Assembly: GCA_029258885.1 (NCBI GenBank)
Contig: JAPDJW010000003.1
Location: 117,044-181,043, forward strand
Reading direction: 5' to 3'
Length of the DNA stretch: 64,000 nucleotides
Origin: Thermoproteota archaeon
GTDB lineage: Archaea; Thermoproteota; Thermoprotei; Thermofilales; B9-G17
How positions within the stretch are numbered: position 1 is the stretch's first letter; the number at the start of each line of letters is the position of its first letter. Below, piece by piece: positions 20,633 through 31,580 of the stretch. Both the position numbers and the translations under genes were made by a program. The notes beneath the pieces were generated by a model that saw nothing but the letters and a program-made list of their open reading frames with translations, had not been told where the DNA came from and ran no database searches.

Positions 20633-21946
20633 ATGAACCGGAGGGGTATTGGCCGAAAAATAATAATTATTGCTATTGCCCTAATAATTATCGTTGCCGC
20701 CGGCTATTTCCTCTATAATTACTTCTTTGCCGGTCCCAAGGAGATAGTATGGGCTTCAACCCAGCTTTGTCCAAGCGCAGAGAGGGCATTTGTCGAAAAT
20801 ACTTTGATAAAAGAGTTTAAGGATGAGACGGGAATTAACGTGGAGTTTGTTCCAATAAGCTACGCAGACTTAGCCTCAAGGCTTGAGGCTGAAATTAAGG
20901 CAGGTAAAGTAACTATAAGTGTGGTAGGTGAGCTACATGGAGGACTGGACATGTTCGCAAGCGAGGGATGGCTCGAAGACCTAAGTAAGTTCGGAACCTT
21001 ATCTGGAAGAACATTTCCAGCCGCATTGGAACAGTACAGTAATATACATGGCATAAAGGCGTACATACCGTGGATGACCGCTACGTACGTATTTGTAGTA
21101 AACAAGAAGGCCTTCGACTACCTACCTGAGGGATTAACTGAGGACGACGTAAAGATGGGCACCAGCAAGTGGACATACGATGCACTACTACAGTGGGCAA
21201 AGAAGATCTATGAGGAAACAGGTGAAAAGAAGCTAGGCTTCCCGGTAAGCCCCAAGGGTCTATGGCACAGATTCCTACATGGATACCTGTATCCAAGCTT
21301 CACTGGAGCTCAGGTGAAGTACTTTAATAGTTCCGATGCAGTAGCAATGTGGGAATACCTCAAGGAGCTATGGCAATACGTCAATCCAGCAAGCACAACA
21401 TACGATGCACTAGCTGAGCCTCTACTAAAGGAGGAGGTATGGCTTGCATGGGATCACACAGCCAGAATAAAGGACGCCATAGTACAGAACCCAGACCAGT
21501 TCGTCGTAGTACCGGTCCCGGCCGGACCTAAGGGCAGAGGATTCATACTAGTAGTAGCAGGACTAGCCATACCAAAGAATGCTCCAAACCAGGAGGAGGC
21601 GTGGAAGCTAATCGAGTACCTAACTAGACCAGAGACGCAGGTTAAGATTCTAGAGAACGTAGGATTCTTCCCAAGCGTAAACGAGGCTGTAGGTCAGATA
21701 CCATCAGGCCCACTAAAGATCATGGCTGAGGGAGTAAACAGGCAGGTAGGCGCTTCCGATGCATTGCTTGCAATGATTCCAAGCCTAGGAGCTAGGGGAG
21801 GAGAGTTCACTGGAGCATATAGGGAGGCCTTCGAGAGAATAGTACTTCAGGGCGAGGATATACAGACAGTTCTAAACGAGCTGGCTCAACAGCTATTCAA
21901 ACTATTCGAAGAAACTGGCGCCCCGCTGCCGCCACCTGACGCTTAA
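20633..21946 (+). CDS. Sugar ABC transporter substrate-binding protein
   Basis: N-terminal membrane anchor; FKDETGINVEF, YIPWMTAT and PVPAGPKG. Confidence 0.88.
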   Translation: MNRRGIGRKIIIIAIALIIIVAAGYFLYNYFFAGPKEIVWASTQLCPSAERAFVENTLIKEFKDETGINVEFVPISYADLASRLEAEIKAGKVTISVVGELHGGLDMFASEGWLEDLSKFGTLSGRTFPAALEQYSNIHGIKAYIPWMTATYVFVVNKKAFDYLPEGLTEDDVKMGTSKWTYDALLQWAKKIYEETGEKKLGFPVSPKGLWHRFLHGYLYPSFTGAQVKYFNSSDAVAMWEYLKELWQYVNPASTTYDALAEPLLKEEVWLAWDHTARIKDAIVQNPDQFVVVPVPAGPKGRGFILVVAGLAIPKNAPNQEEAWKLIEYLTRPETQVKILENVGFFPSVNEAVGQIPSGPLKIMAEGVNRQVGASDALLAMIPSLGARGGEFTGAYREAFERIVLQGEDIQTVLNELAQQLFKLFEETGAPLPPPDA

Positions 21947-21982
21947 ATATGTTAACGTCTTAAATTAATACGGTGTCGGCCC

Positions 21983-22852
21983 TTGAGGGGGAAAAATAAA
22001 ATTTTTTATCACAATTTTTTACCTTATCTCCTTCTCCTCCCAACCGGAATCTATATGGGAGTTTTCATCGGCTATCCAATCTTAGAAACAATTAGGCTTG
22101 CGTTCACCCACCCGTATACTGGTGAAATAAGCCTCTATAACTTCCAGAGGTTATCCAGGGATTTCCACTTCTGGAACGCGCTTAAATACACTTTTCTCCT
22201 AGCTGGAATAGTAATACCTATTCAAGTTACGCTAGCCTTAGGCGTAAGCCTCCTCCTTCTCAGAAGATTTAAAGGAAGCAACATGGTGCTATATATATTT
22301 CTTATACCATTAACAATAAGCGATGTCGCTGCAGCACTTATCTGGTACAATATACTTACGGGAAACGGATACCTCAACAGGATATTGATTAATCTAGGTC
22401 TCCTAAAGAGCCCGCTCCACTTCTTCGGCTACCAATATAGGAGTATGGAGATTCTAGCCATAGTTATAACTGAGGTATGGCGTGCAACCGCAATAGTTTT
22501 CGTAATAATATTTGCAGGGTTGCAGATGATAGGTAAGGAATATCTTGAAGCAGCCGATGTATTCGGAGCATCAACCTACCAGAAATTCAGGTATATAATA
22601 CTACCGATGATAAAGCCGAGCCTACAAACAGCCCTAATAATAAGAACTTTATTTGCAATGCAGATCTTCGGTGTCGTATGGATCTTAGCTGGAAGAGATA
22701 TACCAATATTGGCTGGTGAAACCTACTACTGGCAGATTGAGCTTAAGAATCCAAACGTAGCAGCGGCATACTCCCTGATAATAGCGTGTATATCCATATT
22801 TCTAGGATTCCTATACATTAAGCTTCTTAAGCCTGAGTATCTCGAGAGGTGA
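21983..22852 (+). CDS. Carbohydrate ABC permease (MalF-like)
   Basis: EAA loop (EAADVFGAS) and 6 TM segments. Confidence 0.88.
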   Translation: MRGKNKIFYHNFLPYLLLLPTGIYMGVFIGYPILETIRLAFTHPYTGEISLYNFQRLSRDFHFWNALKYTFLLAGIVIPIQVTLALGVSLLLLRRFKGSNMVLYIFLIPLTISDVAAALIWYNILTGNGYLNRILINLGLLKSPLHFFGYQYRSMEILAIVITEVWRATAIVFVIIFAGLQMIGKEYLEAADVFGASTYQKFRYIILPMIKPSLQTALIIRTLFAMQIFGVVWILAGRDIPILAGETYYWQIELKNPNVAAAYSLIIACISIFLGFLYIKLLKPEYLER

Positions 22853-23676
22853 TGTATGTGAAGATGTATAAGGGGGAAGCCCTTAAAATGATTCTAACCT
22901 ATGCACTTGCGTCGATCATCGTAGCTTGGATACTCGTGCCATTAGGATTAATTTTCATATCAGCCTTCGCTGTTCCGAAGGAGTACTATAATATACGTAA
23001 GCTGATACCTCTCGCCTTTACTACCGAGAACGTCTACACCCTCCTCTTCGTACTTAAGGCGTGGAAATCAACTCTAAATAGCTTAATAGTGGCTGGATTA
23101 ACCATAGCTATAAGCTTCGCCCTTGGACTGCCAACTGGATACAGCCTAGCAAGGTTCATGTTCAAGGGGAAGGATACGTTTAAGCTCCTAATTATAGGGC
23201 TCAGAATGTTCCCCGTAATAGTATTAGCCATACCTTTCACAGTAATATACCTAAAGATAGGTCTAGCCGATACACTTATAGGGGTAGCACTAGCGCACAC
23301 CGCCATGTCACTGCCATTCGTAGTACTGATAACTTCAAGCCTATTCTCGGGAATACCCGTGGACTATGAGGAGGCTGGAATGGTCTTTGGTCTCTCAAGA
23401 TTCGAGGCATTTTTCAGAATCACTCTACCCCTAGCATTGCCCGGTCTAGCAGCGGCAGCAATATTCGTGTTCATAATGAGCTGGAACGAGGTTTTCATAG
23501 CCAGCGTGTTGGTGCTCGTTAACAGAACATTACCAGCTGATATCCTAGTATCGGCATTAAATGCTCCAGACCCGCTCAAGTTTGCAGCTGGATTTATAAT
23601 GGTTCTACCTGCTATGATTTTCGTGTTTTTCGCACGTAAATACCTGATTCAGGTATGGGGTATAACCATAAGGTGA
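22849..23676 (+). CDS. Carbohydrate ABC permease (MalG-like)
   Basis: EEAGMVFG EAA loop, LPLALPG and SWNE. Confidence 0.88.
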   Translation: MMYVKMYKGEALKMILTYALASIIVAWILVPLGLIFISAFAVPKEYYNIRKLIPLAFTTENVYTLLFVLKAWKSTLNSLIVAGLTIAISFALGLPTGYSLARFMFKGKDTFKLLIIGLRMFPVIVLAIPFTVIYLKIGLADTLIGVALAHTAMSLPFVVLITSSLFSGIPVDYEEAGMVFGLSRFEAFFRITLPLALPGLAAAAIFVFIMSWNEVFIASVLVLVNRTLPADILVSALNAPDPLKFAAGFIMVLPAMIFVFFARKYLIQVWGITIR

Positions 23677-23682
23677 GAGGAT

Positions 23683-24768
23683 ATGGTTAGCGTAAGACTT
23701 GAAAATCTAGTTAAAAGGTTTGGGAAGGTAACTGCAGTCGACCATATAAGCCTCGCGATAAAAAATGGCGAGTTTGTGGTGCTTTTAGGTCCGAGTGGAT
23801 GCGGTAAAACTACAACACTCAGGCTTATATCTGGCCTGGAGCTACCGGATGAGGGTAGAATATATTTCGATGATAGTGATGTAACATACCTACCACCCAA
23901 GGAGAGGAATATAAGCATGGTGTTCCAGAGCTACGCCGTCTGGCCCCACATGACGGTATATGATAACATAGCCTTTCCCATGAGGATCAAGAAGGTTCCC
24001 GAGGATGAAATTAAGAGGAAGGTTAAGTGGGCGGCTGAACTGCTTAGGATAGGCGAGCTCCTAGACAGGTATCCTCATCAGCTTAGCGGAGGACAGAAGC
24101 AGAGGGTAGCCGTGGCGAGGGCCATAGTAGTGGAGCCGGCTGTCCTACTAATGGACGAACCGCTAAGCAACCTAGATGCGCTATTAAGGATGTTAATGAG
24201 AAGCGAGATAAAGAAGCTTCAGAGGAGATTAAAGGTGACAACAATATACGTTACACACGACCAGGTGGAGGCGATGGTAATGGCTGACCGCGTAGCAGTG
24301 ATGAATAAGGGAAGGATAATGCAGATAGGCACAACCGAGGAAATATATAATAAGCCCGCAAACCTCTTTGTAGCGGGTTTCATAGGCAGCCCTAGAATGA
24401 ACTTCTTCGAAGCCAGCGTCTCAGACACGATCCTTGATACCGGATACTTTAAGATGAAGCTGCCAGAGGAGATGAAGCAGGTACTCGAGGGATACGAGAC
24501 TGTAATCGTTGGAATAAGGCCCGAAGACATACACCCTGTGGAGAGAGGAATACCTCCAGGAGTTAAGCCGATAGAGCTTGAGGGAAGAGTAGATTTCATA
24601 GAGCCTCTGGGAAGCGATACGATAATACACCTTAAGATAGGCGAGATACTCCTGCTAGTTAAGGTTCCCGGAAGCTATATAGTTGAAATGGGTAGGAAGC
24701 TAAAGGTCGCACTCGACTTCAATAAGCTACATATATTCGATAAAAAGACTGAAAAAGCAATACTCTAA
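23683..24768 (+). CDS. malK: Sugar ABC ATP-binding protein (MalK-like)
   Basis: GPSGCGKT, LSGGQ, LMDEP and YVTHDQ; C-terminal TOBE domain. Confidence 0.93.
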   Translation: MVSVRLENLVKRFGKVTAVDHISLAIKNGEFVVLLGPSGCGKTTTLRLISGLELPDEGRIYFDDSDVTYLPPKERNISMVFQSYAVWPHMTVYDNIAFPMRIKKVPEDEIKRKVKWAAELLRIGELLDRYPHQLSGGQKQRVAVARAIVVEPAVLLMDEPLSNLDALLRMLMRSEIKKLQRRLKVTTIYVTHDQVEAMVMADRVAVMNKGRIMQIGTTEEIYNKPANLFVAGFIGSPRMNFFEASVSDTILDTGYFKMKLPEEMKQVLEGYETVIVGIRPEDIHPVERGIPPGVKPIELEGRVDFIEPLGSDTIIHLKIGEILLLVKVPGSYIVEMGRKLKVALDFNKLHIFDKKTEKAIL

Positions 24769-24775
24769 TTCCTCT

Positions 24776-25945
24776 TCAGCTTTTTCTAATTACACTTAAA
24801 TAGAGCAGCGTAGCGCCCAGAGCAGATAGTATCGTACTGTAGGTGAAGGCTATAGTTCTTCCCACGTAATCCCAGAGCATGCCCACTATAGACATACCGA
24901 GCAGGAAGGATACGCCGATCACCAGATAGTATGCGCCATAGGCCGATCCCCTAAGCTCTTCCGGAACATAGCGAGGTACAACGGCTCTAGACACAGTGTC
25001 ATACATTCCTTGAAACACTCCGAATATAAGCGCTAATAATATTCCGTAGATCCATGCCCCACTCAAATAAGCTAACATAAGGGACGTAAATGCAAACATG
25101 AGCATCGCCAGTACCAGTGTCTTCTCCCTACCAATCCTATCTGCAAGTATTCCTGAAGGAATTCCAACAGCTGTATGTGTTAGATTCATTAACATATAGA
25201 CAATAGGTGCAGCAAGAACGGCAACTCCTAATTCGCTGGCCCTTACTAGTATAAAGGAGAAATTATATGCGCCCAGGTTAAAGATGGATAGTGATAGGAG
25301 AAGCCATAAGAACTTACCGCTTAACACCCTGGATACCTCTGGGAGAAGCCTACTACTCTTAGGTGGAGTCGCCACTTCGGCAACGGCAATAAGAAGGATG
25401 ATTAAAGCTATCAACGCGGGAATAAACGACGCCAGAAAGACTGTCCTCACGCCGACCATAGGTATCAATATAAAGGCTAGCAAGGGGCCTAAGACTGCTC
25501 CGAGTTGATCGAGGGTTCTGTGGATACCGAAGGCCTTACCTGCATCCCTCTCCCTTATAGACTGACTTATCAAAGCATCCCTAGGGGCCGTTCTAACGCC
25601 CTTGCCCATTCTATCCACAATTCTCACGATTAATGCATCAAGCCACGTGGTAGCATAGGCGAAGAGGGGCTTAGCGATACCCGACAGAAAGTAGCCGGCG
25701 AAGACGAAAGGCTTTCTCCTTCCAACTCTATCCGAAATAAAGCCTGAAACCATCCTGAATATATAGTTGGTGAGCTCAGCTAATCCCTCTATTAGACCTA
25801 AAATTACCTTAGTGGCTCCAAGCTCCTCAACGAGGTAGACGGGGAGGATGCCTAATATCATTTCAGTGGACATATCCGTGAAGAAGCTCACGAAGCCCAA
25901 GGCGACAACATTCCTATATCCAGGTCTCTTCTCATCAGAACTCAA
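24776..25945 (-). CDS. MFS transporter
   Basis: SDRVGRRK motif A, RTAPRDALI and 12 TM segments. Confidence 0.88.
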   Translation of the reverse strand: MSSDEKRPGYRNVVALGFVSFFTDMSTEMILGILPVYLVEELGATKVILGLIEGLAELTNYIFRMVSGFISDRVGRRKPFVFAGYFLSGIAKPLFAYATTWLDALIVRIVDRMGKGVRTAPRDALISQSIRERDAGKAFGIHRTLDQLGAVLGPLLAFILIPMVGVRTVFLASFIPALIALIILLIAVAEVATPPKSSRLLPEVSRVLSGKFLWLLLSLSIFNLGAYNFSFILVRASELGVAVLAAPIVYMLMNLTHTAVGIPSGILADRIGREKTLVLAMLMFAFTSLMLAYLSGAWIYGILLALIFGVFQGMYDTVSRAVVPRYVPEELRGSAYGAYYLVIGVSFLLGMSIVGMLWDYVGRTIAFTYSTILSALGATLLYLSVIRKS

Positions 25946-26156
25946 TTAACCACCCATAAGATATGATGGCAGCTAATAGTTAAAGATTATGAACAAAATA
26001 TCCATAATTTCCTAAAAATCTTTTTGATAGATGCTAGTCCTCCTATACAAAGATTGCATGGAAGCTATGTAAGCTTACTGGCTACGGCATGTGTCCATGA
26101 TAAGCTTACGAAGGATCTGTAAATTACTTAGCTAAAGGATAAATAGTTGAAGGATC

Positions 26157-28274
26157 ATGTATGGGGCGATGTATAAAATGGTTGTGAACACGCTATTAAT
26201 CCTACTCCTTCTTCTTTCCTCAGTTCCATACACGTTTAATTCCAAGCCTAATGGAGGGCTAGAAATCAACGAGGAGGCTATCTTCATATTCCAATACATT
26301 ATAGTTGGCGGCAACGTAACGGTTAGAAGCGGGGGTAGACTTATCCTAATAAATTCAACACTTCAGTTCAACTGCCAGGATAAATGCTACCTAATAGTTG
26401 ACCCCGGTGGAGCATTAATACTAAATAATTCTAAGATTACGGGGCCTGAGGATAAGTATACGATATTCATCAATGATGGCGCAGAGCTCATAATGGTAAA
26501 CTCCGTGATAGAGAATGCCGGATGGAAGGATCATGAGAACGACGGCAAATACATATGGATAGGCCCAGCCTACACCAACGACTGGAGCACGTACGGCCAC
26601 GGCCTAGAAATAAATACGACAGTTAAGGTCTTTAGGGGAAACGTCTTCCGAAATATAGCGAGCATAAGGTTCTACTCATCCAACAACATCATCGAGGATA
26701 ATATTGTAGTTAATATGAGGCACGAGGGGATGGCATTCATAGGTTCAAATAACAATATAATTAGAAACAATATCTTCATAAACGGGACGCTAAACCGTGA
26801 AACCTACGGGTTAAGATTCTATCCAGGCACTAGAGACCAGCTGATATACAACAACACCTTCGAAAACCTCTGCATAGGTATGCTCATTAGTCTAATTCCT
26901 CCATGGACGCCGTGCATAAACTTCACGATACACGACAACAGGATGCATCGGGTAGTACAGGGGTTAATGTGTAGACTCTACGATAGCCAGATATACAATG
27001 AAAGCTACGAATATCTGTGGAGCCTAGGCATAATGTTAGCGGCATCAAAAAACGTGGTAGTAGAGAAATGTAGAATAGGAAACCTAACCTTCATAGATGA
27101 GTCAATAGCAAGCGAGGAATACTTTCAGGAATGCAGGGAATACATACATCCGCAGTACCCGAGGGCATACTATAACTTCCTAATACTATTGAGGGGAGGA
27201 ATACTCTTAAGCTGGTCCGGAAACAATATAATTATTAAATATAATGATATATACCACATTCCACCATACGGCTACGGAATAGGATTCGACGTAAAGTACA
27301 TAGCATACAACGTAAAGATAATCAACAATACCTTCAGGCATATATGCGACTTTCAGCCTCCCTGGAACGTTTCAGGCCCAGGGCTTGGAAGCGTACGTCT
27401 CGATAAAATTTATTTTCAGCCGCCAGGAGGAGCGATAGAAATTGAAAGCACTGAAAACCTGCTAATCGAAAACAATACCTTTATATCGTGTCTAAATGGG
27501 ATACTAACGTCGTTTCCTGATGCCATAGGCAACTACGGCAACCTAACGATAAGAAACAACTTAATCGTAGGAACATACTATACGTCATGGATCGAGAAAG
27601 ATAAAACCAAGTACTGGTATGGTATTGGAATAGGCGTTGGAACCAGGGCCTATAGACCAAACGAAAACGGCGAAAGGTGGAGAGTGTACAACTCGAAATC
27701 AACAATAGTAATCGCTGGAAACGAGGTTGTAAACTATACCTATGCATTAATTGTAGACTTATATAACGAGACGTTAAAGAAGGCAATAGTTGAAAACAAT
27801 ACCTTCAACGGATACTATGAGATAATAACATCCCAGACAGTAGATTTAAGCAGAAATATTCTGAAACCAAACCTGCCGGATCTAAAAATCGCAAACCTAA
27901 CAGTAGAAACTATAGACAATACAATGATGCTTAAGGTAAAGGTAGCAATTGAAACGGCAATCCCTTTCTTTAAAATCATATACATTGAGATTAAGGTGGA
28001 CGACGAGGTCGTTAAAAAGTGGATAAAGCTAAACGCCTCGAGAGAATACATTATTAAGCACAAGGTAAACGTGTCGAAAGGTAGACACAGCGTAGAAGTA
28101 TTTATCGACACAACAAACGTTATTAAAGAAGTCGATGAAGACAACAATTACATCCGTAAAATAGTTGAAGTACCGAAGGAGAATTATATGGATCTAATCA
28201 TGAAAATCGCACCACTTTTGCTGATTGCATTGACAGTAATTATATTGTACTTAGTACTGCAAAAAGATAGATAA
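26157..28274 (+). CDS. Secreted right-handed beta-helix (NosD/CASH-like) protein with CARDB-like domain and C-terminal TM
   Basis: Repeated NNIIxNN/IxNNTF motifs; LPDLKI...VDTTNVIKEVDEDNN; C-terminal hydrophobic anchor. Confidence 0.75.
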   Translation: MYGAMYKMVVNTLLILLLLLSSVPYTFNSKPNGGLEINEEAIFIFQYIIVGGNVTVRSGGRLILINSTLQFNCQDKCYLIVDPGGALILNNSKITGPEDKYTIFINDGAELIMVNSVIENAGWKDHENDGKYIWIGPAYTNDWSTYGHGLEINTTVKVFRGNVFRNIASIRFYSSNNIIEDNIVVNMRHEGMAFIGSNNNIIRNNIFINGTLNRETYGLRFYPGTRDQLIYNNTFENLCIGMLISLIPPWTPCINFTIHDNRMHRVVQGLMCRLYDSQIYNESYEYLWSLGIMLAASKNVVVEKCRIGNLTFIDESIASEEYFQECREYIHPQYPRAYYNFLILLRGGILLSWSGNNIIIKYNDIYHIPPYGYGIGFDVKYIAYNVKIINNTFRHICDFQPPWNVSGPGLGSVRLDKIYFQPPGGAIEIESTENLLIENNTFISCLNGILTSFPDAIGNYGNLTIRNNLIVGTYYTSWIEKDKTKYWYGIGIGVGTRAYRPNENGERWRVYNSKSTIVIAGNEVVNYTYALIVDLYNETLKKAIVENNTFNGYYEIITSQTVDLSRNILKPNLPDLKIANLTVETIDNTMMLKVKVAIETAIPFFKIIYIEIKVDDEVVKKWIKLNASREYIIKHKVNVSKGRHSVEVFIDTTNVIKEVDEDNNYIRKIVEVPKENYMDLIMKIAPLLLIALTVIILYLVLQKDR

Positions 28275-28300
28275 GGATGTTTACCCCCTAAGTGTAGAGT

Positions 28301-29137
28301 ATGGAAGTACTGCCGATAGCATTAGCTCTATCATCCTCAGCGACCAGCGGGATATCCTCCATCCTCCTAAAGTACTCTACCAGAAACGTAAAGCCTTTAC
28401 TTGTAAATAGTCTAAAGGCTCTCTCAGGAACAATAGGTTTAGCCCTAATAATACTTCTCTCTAACAGGCAGTTTACAGTAAATACGTCTTCGCTTAAGCT
28501 AATACTCTTCATATCGGTCACGGGGCCTGTGTTAAGCTGGCTCTTCTACATAATGGCGCTGGAGAAGGGCGGTGTTTCAATAGTACATCCCATAGTAAAC
28601 TCCTATCCACTCACAGCCATGATTGCCGGACTACTTCTGGGGTATCCCATATCAATACTAGATCTGACAGGCGCAATCACAGCAATAGTAGGCTTTAAGC
28701 TGCTATTCTCCGATAATGGGAAAATCTCAGCTAAACCAGTTATCCTTGCAGCTACAACCTCAATACTATGGGGAATAAACACCTCACTTTTCAAGCTACT
28801 TTTAGAAACAGAGGATCCAGTAACGGTAGCATTTTGGAGAGCACTTCTCGCATCAATAATACTCCTACCAGTAGCTGCAATGAAGACGAGATTCCCTAGA
28901 AAGCCCAGATACTTAATACATCCCCTCCTTGCTGGACAGCTATCAGATGTACTGACAGTAGTTCTATGGCTTTCAGCACTACAAACAAGTGAACTTGCAT
29001 CAACAGCAATACTGGGTTCTCTGGGACCCCTTTTCTCGAGCATATTATCTAAGACCATGCTTAAGGAACATGTTCCATTGAAGCGTTGTATAGGCATAAT
29101 AGTTGTAATTATAGGTGTTTCCCTACCACTAGCCTAG
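28301..29137 (+). CDS. DMT/EamA family transporter
   Basis: Two 5-TM repeats; ALEKGGVSIVHP and MLKEHV. Confidence 0.85.
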   Translation: MEVLPIALALSSSATSGISSILLKYSTRNVKPLLVNSLKALSGTIGLALIILLSNRQFTVNTSSLKLILFISVTGPVLSWLFYIMALEKGGVSIVHPIVNSYPLTAMIAGLLLGYPISILDLTGAITAIVGFKLLFSDNGKISAKPVILAATTSILWGINTSLFKLLLETEDPVTVAFWRALLASIILLPVAAMKTRFPRKPRYLIHPLLAGQLSDVLTVVLWLSALQTSELASTAILGSLGPLFSSILSKTMLKEHVPLKRCIGIIVVIIGVSLPLA

Positions 29138-29336
29138 CTATTGAGCATCGTAGCCTATTTATATAGGGTTAATGTAGACTAGTGTTATAAAAGCAATGTA
29201 TATTTCATAGAGTCATGTTTTCCTCTATTTTGAATGTTTAATATTTTCTGTAACCATAAGACTTGAATTATCTACTGTGAAAAATATATGGAAATATTTA
29301 TATATTCATACCTTATTAAAGCACTCGGTTATTTAA

Positions 29337-31337
29337 ATGAGGCTCGGAAGCATTTTTCTGGCTAGTATTACGGTATTGCTACTGACCTTACCTTTAACAA
29401 GTGAGGCTTTTCCCAATGTTGAGTGGCAGGAAACGTATGCCTCGCCTATTGGTTTTGTTTCGGAACTATATTCAATTGCTGTTACGAGCAAGCATATATA
29501 TGCTACCGGATACATGTATCATGTAGATTCAAGGCAACGGGATTTACTCCTTCTAGTTGCTAATTTCGATGGTAGCTTAGTTGAAAAGAGGAGAGTAGGG
29601 GTGGTAAATACTAGAGGGCGTAGTATTAAAGTAGAGGAGGTAAACGGAGATGAATATGCCTATGTGATTGGATATAGGATTACTTCACCCCATGTATATT
29701 CTTTCTTTCTAGTTGCTTTTAAGAATGCAGAGAAGATTTGGGTGAAAGAGTGGAAGAAGATAGGAAAATATGAGTATGGATCCGATTTAGCTATTTATGG
29801 GGATAGAATATATGTTGTTGGATCAAGGTATTACTCTAGTGAAAAAATTCATAAAGCTGTATTGGCCTGCCTTAGAAAGAGCGATGGAGAGCTTTTATGG
29901 GAGAGGGAGTGGGCGGATTATGACGTATTTTTCTATAACGCTAAAATAATGATATATAAGGATGCTATATATTTGGTTGGAGGTATATTTAAGAATGATG
30001 AACTAGATATAATAGTCTTAAAATATAGCCTTGATGGAATCCTTTTATCATCATATGAGTATAGTGCTGGTAACAACATTTATCTAATCCCGCATGGAGC
30101 CGCCATACATGGCAGTTACGTATATGTATCAGGGGAGATATGGGAGAGTAAGATAGGTCGTAGTCGTGCTATGTTATACTGTTTTGAACTTGGCTCAAGC
30201 CTAAAAAAGATATGGGAGAAAACTTATGGTGAAGATGTGTATTACTCATATAACTGGTTCGGCGACCTGAAGATCTATAGAGATCATATATATGTCGTGG
30301 GAGGGATCTCTAAATTATTACAATATGCAAAGGGGATAATTGCAAAATATGATCTAAGTGGAAACAGAAAGTGGCTTAAAACGTATAATGAAAGCGTGCT
30401 AAGAACATCTGGACTACAGATACACGATGATAAAATCTATATATGCGGGAGTAAGGGTACATCATACTATAATCCTCCAGACTATGATGCAATGCTCATG
30501 CAGGTAGTTGAGTACTTCAGCCTCAAAGTAACGACGCCTGGAGCGGATTATTGGGTTGACGTGGAAGGAGACAAGAAGTCTGGTCCATCAGCAGAATACC
30601 TCCTACCCATGGGTATGCATGAAGTACAGGTAGAAGATGAGGTAGAGGATAATGGCGTTAAACACTACTTTAAGCAGTGGAGTGATGGTGTAACCGATAA
30701 CCCGAGAACTGTGGAACTATATGAAGATACAGAACTGGAAGCTCAATACGGTATACAGTACTACGTAACCGTAGATACAGCATATTCTACTGCTAGCGGT
30801 GAGGGATGGTATGATGAGGGCGAAACTGCAACCATAAGTATAGCCGAAACTCAGATAGATCAGGGAAATGATACAAGGAGAATCTTTGGGGGATGGAACC
30901 TGGGTGGAACTGTTGTTTCGACTGATCAATCTTATAGCTTTACTGTTAATGAGCCTCAGGCGTATACTGCTGAATGGAAGACGCAGTACTACGTTAGAGT
31001 CTATACGGACTACTCTACTGCTAGTGGCGAGGGCTGGTACGATAAGGGCAGTGTAGCTACTGTATCTGTTGCTGAGACGCTTATTCAGGGCATACCTTTC
31101 AATAAGGTGTTTAAGGGATGGCGTGACCAGACTGGAGCTATCGTAGCATCCCAGCAGACCTACAGCTTCACAGTCGATACAGCTAAAACCCTAACAGCTG
31201 TATGGGAGGATGAGCTAAATCTCATAGCAGTAGCTGGAATAGGAGCCGCCGTAGCAGTAGTTGTTGCAATACTGCTTATGAAGAGGAGGAAGCCAGCTGC
31301 ACCAGCCTATCCGCCACCGCCACCACCTCCGCCTTAA
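29337..31337 (+). CDS. Surface protein: beta-propeller-like N-terminus, InlB-B-like repeats, C-terminal TM and Pro8 tail
   Basis: Signal peptide; DxIYVVG/WxKxY repeats; two YYVxVxTxYSTASGEGWYD repeats; TM then KRRK and PPPPPPPP. Confidence 0.75.
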   Translation: MRLGSIFLASITVLLLTLPLTSEAFPNVEWQETYASPIGFVSELYSIAVTSKHIYATGYMYHVDSRQRDLLLLVANFDGSLVEKRRVGVVNTRGRSIKVEEVNGDEYAYVIGYRITSPHVYSFFLVAFKNAEKIWVKEWKKIGKYEYGSDLAIYGDRIYVVGSRYYSSEKIHKAVLACLRKSDGELLWEREWADYDVFFYNAKIMIYKDAIYLVGGIFKNDELDIIVLKYSLDGILLSSYEYSAGNNIYLIPHGAAIHGSYVYVSGEIWESKIGRSRAMLYCFELGSSLKKIWEKTYGEDVYYSYNWFGDLKIYRDHIYVVGGISKLLQYAKGIIAKYDLSGNRKWLKTYNESVLRTSGLQIHDDKIYICGSKGTSYYNPPDYDAMLMQVVEYFSLKVTTPGADYWVDVEGDKKSGPSAEYLLPMGMHEVQVEDEVEDNGVKHYFKQWSDGVTDNPRTVELYEDTELEAQYGIQYYVTVDTAYSTASGEGWYDEGETATISIAETQIDQGNDTRRIFGGWNLGGTVVSTDQSYSFTVNEPQAYTAEWKTQYYVRVYTDYSTASGEGWYDKGSVATVSVAETLIQGIPFNKVFKGWRDQTGAIVASQQTYSFTVDTAKTLTAVWEDELNLIAVAGIGAAVAVVVAILLMKRRKPAAPAYPPPPPPPP

Positions 31338-31540
31338 CGTCAAAATTATCTTACATTTTTATAATTATAAACGTAGTTGATAATTCAGGAAAAATCTATA
31401 CTTCTTTATAGTTCTGAAGTAAGGCATGAATACTATTTAATACTTTGGAAAATAAGGGGGTGGACTTGAACTATAAGTTAGTCTATCTTTTTCTTCTAAT
31501 ATTTTCTGTGGAGCTTATCAGCGTCTCCTCCCAGCTTAGG

Positions 31541-31580
31541 CATGCTGTTTTAAACATGCTTTAAAACATGCCGTTTTAAA
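31541..31580. repeat. Three imperfect tandem repeats CATGC(N0-2)TTT(T)AAA(A)
   Basis: catgctgttttaaa / catgctttaaaa / catgccgttttaaa. Confidence 0.6.
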
